Shown here: piece by piece, positions 1 through 8,806 of the stretch
Layout: the number at the start of each line of letters is the position of its first letter
How positions within the stretch are numbered: the first letter of the stretch is position 1
NCBI GenBank assembly: GCA_963827235.1
Contig: CAWHAE010000008.1
Span: 128,001 to 192,000 of the forward strand
Length of the DNA stretch: 64,000 bases
Reading direction: 5' to 3'
Source: an uncultured bacterium
GTDB lineage: Bacteria > Chloroflexota > UBA5177 > JANWHV01
The notes under the pieces: model-generated
What the model was told of the DNA's origin: nothing
The model's input: the letters and a program-made list of their open reading frames with translations, nothing else
Database searches by the model: none
Made by a program: the position numbers and the translations under genes

Positions 1-726
1 CAGCTTCAGCCCCGTAGCATCGGGACGGCGCTGCAGAGTGACGTCCAGGTTTTGGCCGGAGCTTGCGACCCGCGCAACGCCTGCTAGCGTGGCCGGGGAC
101 AAGACCTGCCTGTCGAGTACATGTTCAAGGTTCAGGGACGACAGAAGCATGACACGGTCGGGAGAAGCTGTGCTTGCAGTCGTGAGTCTCGCCGACGTGC
201 TCATTTGGGCAACAGACGTGACTCCTCCGGTTGCCGGCTTTGCCTGCGGTGCGGAGTAGCGGTCATTCGCCGCCATCTGCAGCCGCGCCGGCGAAGTGAT
301 GAGAGTGGCACCTGTGCCGAGACGGTGCGTATTAGGCGATGTGGAGAGCAGGTCTACACCTTGTGCCTGAGGGGCAGGCGAATTTGGCCCGCTGGCGGGC
401 GCAGTGGAGCTGCCGGTAGGCAGCGATTGAGAGGATGCCGGCAAGTGGAACCGGCCAGTGGTGCGGGACGGCTGAGTCGATACACCTGTTCGACGAAGGG
501 TAGCATCACCCGCGCGCTGAACCCGCGTCGACTTCGTATCGCTGCCAAGCCCTATGGTGGCGGCCTCGCTTGATCGGACGCTCGCCGAATACACCGTGCC
601 GCTCTGCAAAGCCCGCAGATGCGTGGCGCCGGCGCTACCCGAGCCCGCTCCCAGGCCGAAAGCCAACACCGCAAGCGCACCCGACAGGGTCACGCATTGC
701 GTCAAGCTAGTCGTGTGTTTCTTCAA
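1..726 (-). CDS. Secreted Ser/Thr/Ala-rich protein, N-terminal part (runs off the window edge; not in the ORF track)
   Basis: Manual translation gives an open frame from TTG at 726 to position 1. It begins MKKHTTSLTQCVTLSGALAVLAFGLGAGSGSAGA, which has the basic N-region, hydrophobic core and AxA of a Sec signal peptide. Confidence 0.65.
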   Translation of the reverse strand, partial: MKKHTTSLTQCVTLSGALAVLAFGLGAGSGSAGATHLRALQSGTVYSASVRSSEAATIGLGSDTKSTRVQRAGDATLRRTGVSTQPSRTTGRFHLPASSQSLPTGSSTAPASGPNSPAPQAQGVDLLSTSPNTHRLGTGATLITSPARLQMAANDRYSAPQAKPATGGVTSVAQMSTSARLTTASTASPDRVMLLSSLNLEHVLDRQVLSPATLAGVARVASSGQNLDVTLQRRPDATGLKL

Positions 727-848
727 TAAGTACGGCCGTCGCCACGGCAATCACCGCGGCTACCGGCCTTCCCCCCTTCTTCGAAGCTGTGATCTACGGC
801 GCAGAGAACGACCCTCTGCACCATCCCTACCAGCGCACGACCGAAGGT

Positions 849-899
849 ACTATAGCATAAGGTGCATTGAAAGTCACCACCCCGGCTGGTTTTCAATGC
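849..899 (-). promoter_or_regulatory. Sigma70-type promoter with an overlapping inverted-repeat operator candidate
   Basis: Minus strand reads GTGACT(877-872)-17 nt-TATAGT(854-849) with an extended TGn. A perfect inverted repeat GCATTGAAA(864-872)-N18-TTTCAATGC(891-899) spans the -35. Confidence 0.5.
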
Positions 900-1184
900 C
901 GTTTGCCTGCCCTCAACGGCCCAGTCACCACAAAGTGTTGTGAGCACTACCTTTTTTCTACCGGCTATGTAGTTGACCGGCATTCCCCCCAGCCGCAAAT
1001 CGATAGCATATATATGCATATCGCATGCATAAGGGACGTTATGGAGCGAGAATGACGCCCTTGTTCCGTCTGCTTCCCGAGGAGCGGGGCCTGTTTCCGT
1101 TCATTCACGGGCCGGTTACGATGATCCCATCGAAGCACTCCGCTATTGGACACCACCGGCACTGGGCGCGAGTACACTGAGGGC

Positions 1185-2330
1185 ATGCACGTCATATGTG
1201 CTCCGGACAAGTTCAAAGGAAGTCTCACCGCCGAGGCAGTCGCGGAAGCCATGGCGCTGGGCGTCGGGCGTGCCGCACCCGGCTGTACCGCAATCCGGCT
1301 TCCGCTGGCTGATGGCGGCGACGGCACCGTAGACGCCTTGGTGTCGGCCCTTGGCGGTACTCGGATGAGTGTGCCGTGCCATGATCCGCTTGGCCGACCC
1401 ATGGTGGCGGAGATCGGCGATCTCGGCGGCGGCACGTTCGTAATCGAAATGGCCCGCGCGTCGGGGTTGGCGTTGCTTCGGCCCGAGGAGCTGGATCCTT
1501 TCCACGCCGGGACCTACGGCACGGGAGAGCTCGTTCTCGCCGCGATCAAACGCGGAGCCAAGCAGATCGTGCTGGGCGCGGGAGGCAGCGCGACCATTGA
1601 CGGCGGTGCAGGGGCGCTGATGGCGCTCGGGGCGCGCCTGCTCGACGAGGACGGACGCGACGTGGCGCCGGGGAATGCAGGCTTGGCTCGGCTGGCATCG
1701 TTCGACAGCAGCGAATTGAAGGCACGAATGCGTGGTGTGACGCTGAGGGTCGCGAATGATGTGACGAACGTGCTCGCTGGGCTCGAGGGTGCGGCGGCCG
1801 TCTACGGGCCTCAGAAGGGCGCCAAGCGTGCGGACATCCAGGTGCTCGACAAGAATTTGCTTCGCTTCGCCGCCGTCGCTTCGCGTGACGCCGGCGTGGA
1901 CATTGCTTCACGACCCGGGTCAGGAGCAGCAGGAGGACTGACCGCGGGCCTGCTGCTTGCCGGGGCGTCGCTCGAATCCGGCATCGAGCTCATCCTGGAT
2001 GCGGTTGACTTCGACGCGCGGCTCCCCGGTACCGACCTGGTGCTCACGGGGGAGGGCTGCATAGACGGCCAGTCGCTTCGCGGAAAGGTCGTGAGTGGCG
2101 TGGTGAGACATGCCTCGGCGATGCACATTCCGGTGGTCGCTCTCGGCGGTGTCTTGCGAGCACGCGAGCTGGGCCCACTCTACGCGGCTGGCCTGACCGC
2201 CGCCGTGGCAATAGCAGATGGACCGATGAGCCCGATCAAGGCTTTCGCTCGGGCTGCGCCGTTAGTAGAGCGCGCGGCGGAAGCCGTCTTGCGGATACTG
2301 CTGGCCGGCGCTGCCGGCCGCCGAGGCTGA
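1185..2330 (+). CDS. glxK: Glycerate kinase
   Basis: Motifs APDKFKGSL, PLADGGDGT, IEMARASGL, YGPQKGA, GAAGG and TGEG.D.QS..GK. Start moved to ATG 1185. Confidence 0.93.
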   Translation: MHVICAPDKFKGSLTAEAVAEAMALGVGRAAPGCTAIRLPLADGGDGTVDALVSALGGTRMSVPCHDPLGRPMVAEIGDLGGGTFVIEMARASGLALLRPEELDPFHAGTYGTGELVLAAIKRGAKQIVLGAGGSATIDGGAGALMALGARLLDEDGRDVAPGNAGLARLASFDSSELKARMRGVTLRVANDVTNVLAGLEGAAAVYGPQKGAKRADIQVLDKNLLRFAAVASRDAGVDIASRPGSGAAGGLTAGLLLAGASLESGIELILDAVDFDARLPGTDLVLTGEGCIDGQSLRGKVVSGVVRHASAMHIPVVALGGVLRARELGPLYAAGLTAAVAIADGPMSPIKAFARAAPLVERAAEAVLRILLAGAAGRRG

Positions 2331-2419
2331 TCCCACTGGCCCGCTTCGTGGCGCTGCTGCGCTCCAAACCAGCAGCGCCACCGAAGCCTCCGGTAGCCAA
2401 GCCGGCGCCGTCGCGGGCG

Positions 2420-4195
2420 CTACTCCGTCATGCCGTGAATGTAGCGCTTGCCCCGCATGAGCGAAGCCACTGCCGCCACCACTGAGAACACGGCGGAAAT
2501 GTAGAACGCGGCGTGCAGGCCGTCCATGAAGGCCGGCATAATCAGGTGTGGAAAGAAGGTCTTGCCGAACAAGTTCGACTGTGCGTGCGCGCTGAGATGC
2601 GCTGCGACGCCACTCGGTATCAGCTGGTGCATCGGATTGTAGCCGAGGAAGGCGGCAAATAGCACGCTGATCGGCGGCAAGCCGGCAATCTGATGTGCCA
2701 GGTTCCCCGGCAGTCCGTTCGCGATTAATCCGCTCGACATCACGCCCGGGAGTGACGACGCCAGACCTGCCGTAAGGACGGTAAAGAACAGGGCCATGCT
2801 TACCATCATGCCGGCGTTTTGGAACGTGCCGCGCATGCCGGAGGCCACGCCCCGCGACTCCGCCGGCACCGAGTTCATGATGCTGGTTGTGTTTGGTGCG
2901 GCGAACATGCCTTGCCCGGCACCCATGAGCAGCAGAATGGCAAAGAACACCAGCCGGTTGAAGTCTCCCGGAAGCAGGTTCAGCAGCACGAAGCCCACCG
3001 AGGTCAGAAGCATGCCGCCTGTCGAGAAGGCACGTGCCCCGTAACGGTCGGAGAGCCACCCGGAGACCGGGCCCAGGCCGATGAAGCCAAGCATCATCGG
3101 CATGGTATAGATACCCGCCCAGAGCGGTGTGTCTTCGTACGAGATGCCGTGCAGCGGCAGCCAAATGCCCTGAAGCCAGATGATCAACATGAACTGCAGG
3201 CCTCCGCGACCCAGCGCGCCAAGAAAGCCGCTCAGGTTGCCGGCTGCGAACATGCGTATCTTGAACAGCTCGAGATGGAACAGAGGGTCGGGCGATTTCG
3301 TCTCGAGCCAGAGAAAGATGACCAGCAGCACGGTGCCGATCACGAGGGCCGCGATCACCCATGGATTGCCCCAGCCCAGGGCGCTGTTGCCATACGGCTC
3401 GATGCCGTAGGTGACGCCGATCAGCAGGACGGTGAGGCCGACCAAGAATGTGAAATTGCCTGGAATATCGAGGTGCTGACCACTATTGATCGACGCGATC
3501 TCGTGTAGGCGGAGATAGGCCCACACGGTGCCGAAGATTCCGAACGGCACGCTGACCAGGAAGACCAGTCGCCAGTCCACCGAAGCCAGCCAGCCGCCGA
3601 TCAGGAGTCCGCCCAGCGAGCCGGAGATAGCAGCAATTTGGTTGATCCCCATGGCCATGCCGCGCTCGTGGGGCGGAAAGGCGTCGGTGATCAGGGCGGC
3701 GCTGTTGGAGAAGAGGAAGGCGCCCCCTATACCCTGGACGACGCGGAAGGTCAGTAGCTCGATGCCCGCCTGGGTGCCGGTACCGGGCGTGAACACCAGC
3801 AGTAGCGAGCCCAGCGTGAAGACCGCGAAGCCGAGATTGTAGAGCCGCACTCGGCCGAACATATCCGATACGCGGCCGAAGGTCACCAGCAGTGTCGCCG
3901 TGACCAGCGTGTAGCCCATCAAGATCCAGAGCAGGAAACCTGAGTTGCCCGGAGCCATCGGGTTGAGGGCTATGCCGCGAAAGATAGCCGGCAGCGAGAT
4001 CATCATGATGCTGCCGTTGATGGACGCTACCACCATGCCGATCGTCGTGTTGGAGAGCACGATCCACTTGTACCGGTCGCCAGTGTGCTTCGCGGCCGTT
4101 GTGGCTGCAGCCTCCTCACCATCCTCTCCGCAGCCCTCCGGCTCGCGACGGTGCTCGCTCACCTGCTCGCGAGCCGGTGATATCACGTGTGACAA
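2420..4195 (-). CDS. MFS transporter, DHA2/EmrB-like (14 TM)
   Basis: Motif A ([21 protein letters not shown]), [10 protein letters not shown], and many hydrophobic helices. Confidence 0.9.
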   Translation of the reverse strand: MSHVISPAREQVSEHRREPEGCGEDGEEAAATTAAKHTGDRYKWIVLSNTTIGMVVASINGSIMMISLPAIFRGIALNPMAPGNSGFLLWILMGYTLVTATLLVTFGRVSDMFGRVRLYNLGFAVFTLGSLLLVFTPGTGTQAGIELLTFRVVQGIGGAFLFSNSAALITDAFPPHERGMAMGINQIAAISGSLGGLLIGGWLASVDWRLVFLVSVPFGIFGTVWAYLRLHEIASINSGQHLDIPGNFTFLVGLTVLLIGVTYGIEPYGNSALGWGNPWVIAALVIGTVLLVIFLWLETKSPDPLFHLELFKIRMFAAGNLSGFLGALGRGGLQFMLIIWLQGIWLPLHGISYEDTPLWAGIYTMPMMLGFIGLGPVSGWLSDRYGARAFSTGGMLLTSVGFVLLNLLPGDFNRLVFFAILLLMGAGQGMFAAPNTTSIMNSVPAESRGVASGMRGTFQNAGMMVSMALFFTVLTAGLASSLPGVMSSGLIANGLPGNLAHQIAGLPPISVLFAAFLGYNPMHQLIPSGVAAHLSAHAQSNLFGKTFFPHLIMPAFMDGLHAAFYISAVFSVVAAVASLMRGKRYIHGMTE

Positions 4196-4243
4196 GAAAT
4201 CCGACCTTTCCAGCCCGGGAGGCTCTGTTACCTCGAAAGTCTC

Positions 4244-5131
4244 TCACCTGCCTTGCGCATCCTCGTGGCGCTCCCTGGGTAGCGAAGTAGCCCTGGGAAG
4301 GCCGGTGCGCACCAACAACGCGACCGCCGGCTCTTGCTGTACGACGCGGTCTGCCACCGAGGTCGCGAGCCACCGCGTGACGGACGCATGCGCGTGGGTC
4401 GCCATGATCACCATGTGACCTTCCCGCGCCAGATCGCCGATCGCGGTGGCCGCCGCTCCCGCGACGACACGGCGTCGCACTGACGCCAAACCCTTGTTTG
4501 AGAGCCGCTCCGCCACCCCGGACAGGTAGCGCTCCGCCGCCAACTCCTGGTCCGCGTCCGGCACCACCCGGAGCAGACTAATCTGCTGCACGACGGCGGG
4601 CGCCAGCTCCCGCACGGCGTTGAGTGCTTCTTCATGCTCGTCCGTTCCGTCCAAGGGCACCACGGCGTGCGCCAGGCACGCCGGATCTGCCGCGCCCGAC
4701 ACTACGAGCAGCGGCGCACTCCCGTGCCGGAGCAGAAAGGAGGCCACCGGGCTCATGGCGAGACGAGCAGGCCCGCCGCGGTGACGGATGCTTAGTGCCA
4801 CGAGGTCGATACCCAGCTCGCGCTCGTACAGCACGAGCTGCGGTGCCGCTTCCCCGGTCAGCACTTCCGTTTGTGCGGCTGTTCCACTGGCTGCAAGGCG
4901 GGAGCGCACGCCCTCGAGATACATCCGTGCCGATCCCTCGTCCGCGGCTATCATGGTGTCGTACGTCGATTGTGAGACATACGCGGCGGCCGGCACGGCA
5001 CTCAGAGGAGGCAGGATCACTCGAACCAGGTGGATCGTCGCGCGGCAGGCCATCGCCAGCCTTCGCGCCAGCGGTAGCACGTGCTCCGCCTGAATCGATC
5101 CGTCAAGGGGAACGAGGATTCGATGCAGCAC
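4244..5131 (-). CDS. Universal stress protein with tandem USP domains
   Basis: Two copies of the USP start motif (ILVPLDGS, AVVPLDGT), plus VIMATH..SVADRVV. Confidence 0.88.
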   Translation of the reverse strand: MLHRILVPLDGSIQAEHVLPLARRLAMACRATIHLVRVILPPLSAVPAAAYVSQSTYDTMIAADEGSARMYLEGVRSRLAASGTAAQTEVLTGEAAPQLVLYERELGIDLVALSIRHRGGPARLAMSPVASFLLRHGSAPLLVVSGAADPACLAHAVVPLDGTDEHEEALNAVRELAPAVVQQISLLRVVPDADQELAAERYLSGVAERLSNKGLASVRRRVVAGAAATAIGDLAREGHMVIMATHAHASVTRWLATSVADRVVQQEPAVALLVRTGLPRATSLPRERHEDAQGR

Positions 5132-5260
5132 CTACATCTACCCCCTCTCCGACCCTCGCTAAGGACGCTCAGCCGGCACGCCACAGCGGCTGCAGGAGTT
5201 CCACAGACCTTGCGCGCTGTTCATTGACCGGCCGGCTCGGCGCCCGCCTGCCTGACTTTC

Positions 5261-5294
5261 TTGTAGCATACAGCTAAATCTGTGTATGATGCAA
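5261..5294. promoter_or_regulatory. Putative MarR operator pair between the divergent usp/MFS and marR genes
   Basis: AT-rich island TTGTAGCATACA-N10-TGTATGATGCAA, an inverted pair with 2 mismatches. Each half is itself TGTA-N3-T(A/G)CA, and it overlaps a TATGAT -10-like hexamer. Confidence 0.55.
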
Positions 5295-5378
5295 ATAAGT
5301 GATACGCCGGGCCGTATGGCCTCGGACAACTGCCGTCCGGCGCATCAGGGGTGAGTCATGGCAGGGAAGGGATAGACG

Positions 5379-5891
5379 ATGGCCACAGCGGCAGAGGGAC
5401 ATGACGCTGATCCCGTCGGCGTGGTCGCGCACGAGACGGCGGTGCTTATCCGGCGTGCTGAGTCGGCTCGCAGGCGTGTGCAGGTGCTCGATCGCTCGGC
5501 TTACCTGCTCCTGGACGCCGTTGCAGCGCGCAGCCCCATGCCACTGGGCACACTCGCGGATCGCTTCCAACTCGACAATTCCACTATCAGCCGGCAAGTT
5601 GCCGCGCTGGAAGCCAGAGGCCTATTGGAGCGCCGTGTCGATCCCGAGGACGGCAGGGTGTTCCGTCTCGCAATTACCCAGTCAGGACTGGCGCACCTGA
5701 GCTCGGCCCGCAGGGTGCGGTACGAGCTCTTCGCCGAGCTGCTGGATGGCTGGACGGACGCAGAGCGCCGCGAGTTCGGTGCGGCGCTTCACCGCTTCAA
5801 CGAAGAGATTGCGCGGCACGAACTGCACTCGCAGCCGGCCGCCGCGGGTCCGCGGGACCAGCGCGCGACGAGCGGTGAGGATGGCGCCTGA
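5379..5891 (+). CDS. MarR family transcriptional regulator
   Basis: Winged HTH: LADRFQLDNSTISRQVAALEARGLLER..DPEDGR...LAIT..G. Confidence 0.92.
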   Translation: MATAAEGHDADPVGVVAHETAVLIRRAESARRRVQVLDRSAYLLLDAVAARSPMPLGTLADRFQLDNSTISRQVAALEARGLLERRVDPEDGRVFRLAITQSGLAHLSSARRVRYELFAELLDGWTDAERREFGAALHRFNEEIARHELHSQPAAAGPRDQRATSGEDGA

Positions 5892-5960
5892 CCTGAGCCC
5901 GCGGTCGACGGCGCACCAGCGATCCACAATCCAGCCCTTAGGGCCGCCGATCCTATGGGA

Positions 5961-5997
5961 GCGGGGACGCTTCGCGTGGGCGCGGGGACGCTTCGCG
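5961..5997. repeat. Short direct repeat GCGGGGACGCTTCGCG x2, 21-bp period
   Basis: Identical 16-mers at 5961-5976 and 5982-5997. Confidence 0.7.
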
Positions 5998-6133
5998 GCG
6001 ACTGAATCCACGATCTGGCGCTGCCCCTCTGCGTGGTATGCTCAACCGAGGAGGCGACTGCCCGGCCGGACCGGCGAACAGGGAGACGGGGCGGCGGTCA
6101 ATGCATGAGACGGGTGAAGGTGAGGAGTGCCGC

Positions 6134-6727
6134 ATGGACCCGCGTATCGGTACGTGCTCACGCATTACGGGTGAAACCCGCGTCGACACGCGTTGGGATC
6201 TGGACGGCGGCGGGGACGCAACTGTCAAGACAGGTGTCGGCTTTCTTGACCACATGCTGGATCTGCTCGCCCACCATGGGCTGTTCGACCTCCGCGTGGA
6301 GACCGCCGGAGATCTGCATGTCGACGCCCACCATACCGTCGAGGACACCGGTCTGGCGCTCGGCGTGGCACTCCTGCAGGCGCTCGGCGATCGGCGCGGC
6401 ATTGTGCGCATGGCTCATGCCGTCGTGCCCATGGACGAATCTCTCGTTCTTGTGGCCGTCGATCTCTCCGGCCGCCCCTGTTGCGTGCTCGATCTGCCGC
6501 TTCGCAGCCCAATGCTTGGCTCGCTTCCCGCAGACATGGTGCCGCACTTCTTCCAGTCGCTGGCCACTGAGGCGCGCTGCAACTTGCATATCCGTCTCAT
6601 AGTGGGAGAGAATGACCACCACAAAGTGGAGGCGGCCTTCAAAGGACTTGCGCGTGCGCTGCACGCTGCGACGCGCATAGATCCTGCCCGCGGTGGCCGC
6701 GTGCCCAGCTCAAAGGGCGTGCTCTAG
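6134..6727 (+). CDS. hisB: Imidazoleglycerol-phosphate dehydratase
   Basis: Motifs TGVGFLDHML, GDLHVDAHHTVED, PMDE and GENDHHKVEAAFK, ending PSSKGVL. Confidence 0.96.
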   Translation: MDPRIGTCSRITGETRVDTRWDLDGGGDATVKTGVGFLDHMLDLLAHHGLFDLRVETAGDLHVDAHHTVEDTGLALGVALLQALGDRRGIVRMAHAVVPMDESLVLVAVDLSGRPCCVLDLPLRSPMLGSLPADMVPHFFQSLATEARCNLHIRLIVGENDHHKVEAAFKGLARALHAATRIDPARGGRVPSSKGVL

Positions 6728-6775
6728 AGTGCGCGACGGGCGGCGTCGGCGACGGAAGGCTCGAGGTCGACCGGC

Positions 6776-7621
6776 TTGAGCGCTTGGCCGTCCGGACGAA
6801 TCGACCTCCATACACACACGACCGCTTCCGACGGCACGTTAGCCCCTGAGCAACTGGTCGAGGTTGCCATTGGACGCGGCATCTCGGTTCTGGGCATCAC
6901 GGATCACGACTCCGTACAAGCCATCGACCGCGCGCGGGACGCGGCTGCCGGCTCGGGACTGCGCATCGTGGCCGGCCTCGAGCTGAGCACCCGGCTCGAA
7001 GGGCTCAGTGTGCATCTGCTGGCGTACGGTATAGACGTTCGATCCCCGAAGCTTCTCTCAACCCTGGCGCACCGTGTCGAGCTACGCGCCGCGAGAGCGC
7101 GTCGCATCGTGCAGAGGCTGGTCGATCAGGGAGTGTCCATTTCCTGGGACCTGATCGCGAGCCAGACGAGCGGTGCTATCGGCAGGCCCCACATCGCGCG
7201 AGCGCTAATTGGCCGTGGCTATGCCTCAAACGTGAGTGACGCGTTCTCCCGCTGGATCGGCATGGACAGACCGGCCTACTTACCGTCGCCGTCGCTCAGT
7301 CCGGCCCAAGCAGTAGAGCTTGCGCACAGCGCCGGAGGGGAGGTCGGCCTGGCGCATCCGATGCGCGGCAGCAGCAGACGTCCCATATCCGCCATTCCTG
7401 CCCTGATCGAAGCCGGCGTTACCGGCCTGGAGACCCATTACACGGAGCATAGTACCGAGGACGTCGCCAGGCTTTGCGCCGTGGCCGAACGCCACGGCCT
7501 CTGGTGGTGCGGCGGCAGCGACTTTCACGGCACGAACAAGCCGCAGATTCAGCTCGGCTGTGTGGACGTTCCAACAAGTGTGCTTGAGCAAGGACCATTT
7601 CGGGCGATGGCCGGCGACTAG
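6776..7621 (+). CDS. PHP-domain phosphoesterase, YciV/TrpH-like
   Basis: Motifs DLHTHTTASDG, ITDHD, GRPHIARAL, LAHP and GGSDFHG. Confidence 0.9.
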   Translation: MSAWPSGRIDLHTHTTASDGTLAPEQLVEVAIGRGISVLGITDHDSVQAIDRARDAAAGSGLRIVAGLELSTRLEGLSVHLLAYGIDVRSPKLLSTLAHRVELRAARARRIVQRLVDQGVSISWDLIASQTSGAIGRPHIARALIGRGYASNVSDAFSRWIGMDRPAYLPSPSLSPAQAVELAHSAGGEVGLAHPMRGSSRRPISAIPALIEAGVTGLETHYTEHSTEDVARLCAVAERHGLWWCGGSDFHGTNKPQIQLGCVDVPTSVLEQGPFRAMAGD

Positions 7622-8050
7622 AGGCATCTGCCTCATGTGCCGCAAGTCACCTGACTGCATGGGTGGCGGCGGGCCACGCTCGTCGGCGTCGCGCATTTTA
7701 CATGCTCAACGGAGCTCAAGCATTTCCAGTCGTGGTACCATGAGCGTGGGAGTGGCCACGACAACCTCGAGGACGAGTACTGCCGGGCGGCTGCTACCCA
7801 TAGGCGCCGCGCCATGATGGCGTGTTCAGTGCCTGTGCTCCGTCGTCGAAGTGTTCTCGCGCTCGTGCTGGCGTCCTGCAGGGCGCTCGTGTGCGCATAT
7901 CGGGGTTCGGCCGATCTATATCTGCCGGACATCTGCGCGACAGTCGCCGCGCCTCCCGGATCCTATCAGTCGACTTTTTTGAGAGGCCGATGCGCGCGCT
8001 TGGCCCCGGTTGGACGAAGCGCGCTCTCCGGCCGAGTGAGGAGCTAGTTC

Positions 8051-8326
8051 ATGTCCACAACCCAGGCACGTGAGCCCGATGGGCTCGATGCAGTCAGTCG
8101 TGCGCGGCTTTCGGAGGCCGACCGCGCCCTCATGATGGCCGTGGCCGAGCGCGAGCTCGCACAGGGAAAGATATCGTTTGAAGAGTATGCCGACATCCGT
8201 GACCGTTGCCACGTGTCCTTTGCCCAGGCGCTGAATCGAGTGGTAGACCGGGTCAAGAGCGTCGTGAGGCCTGGCGGAGGTGCCGGGTCGGCGCCGAAGC
8301 CCACGATGACTCCTCGCCACGCCTGA
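8051..8326 (+). CDS. Small hypothetical helical protein with a SHOCT-like segment
   Basis: GAGGAG SD 7 nt before the ATG. Contains the segment ERELAQGKISFEEYADIR. Confidence 0.7.
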   Translation: MSTTQAREPDGLDAVSRARLSEADRALMMAVAERELAQGKISFEEYADIRDRCHVSFAQALNRVVDRVKSVVRPGGGAGSAPKPTMTPRHA

Positions 8327-8366
8327 CAGCGCTGATCGGCATAGATGTCGGTGATTGGAGCAAAGC

Positions 8367-8555
8367 ATGGTAGACCCTGCGTTCCTATCAACGCTGGCTA
8401 ACGCCGTGCACAGCGAGCGTCTTGCCGAAGCTGCCACCGTGGGTGAGCGGCGAAGGCTGCTGCGCGAGGCACGGCGAAACCAGAGAGAGCGTGACCGTCG
8501 GCGGGCGGCTGCCGACACGTTCGACCTGCTCGTGGCACAGCCTGGCACCGGCTAA
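8367..8555 (+). CDS. Small Arg-rich hypothetical protein
   Basis: GGAG SD 6 nt before ATG 8367. Helical sequence LANAVHSERLAEAA..ERRRLLREARR. Confidence 0.55.
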   Translation: MVDPAFLSTLANAVHSERLAEAATVGERRRLLREARRNQRERDRRRAAADTFDLLVAQPGTG

Positions 8556-8806
8556 CCAGTGTTCCCTAAGGACTCGGCATAGCCGGAGTGTACGGCGTGC
8601 CAGGCGATACACAGCCCCAGAACGATGGCGTTCTGGGGCTGTGCAGTTTTGGCAGGGAGCGCCCGACTGCGCGGAGTCCTCGGCCGGCGGCCTGCGCCGA
8701 ACTCGTGCTACCGAGCGGCGAGGGTCCGGGTAGTCGCGAGATCCTGGCGCAAAGATTGCATGTTGGCGCCGGCAGGGCGTCGCCCGTTGTGGCGTGTCCG
8801 GAGTGG

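Noticed and set aside
5961-5997. Direct repeat as a CRISPR remnant
   Set aside because: Two 16-bp copies with a 5-bp spacer and no cas genes.
7622-8050. ORFs in the gap after the PHP gene
   Set aside because: Candidates on both strands lack an SD, typical codon bias and recognisable motifs.
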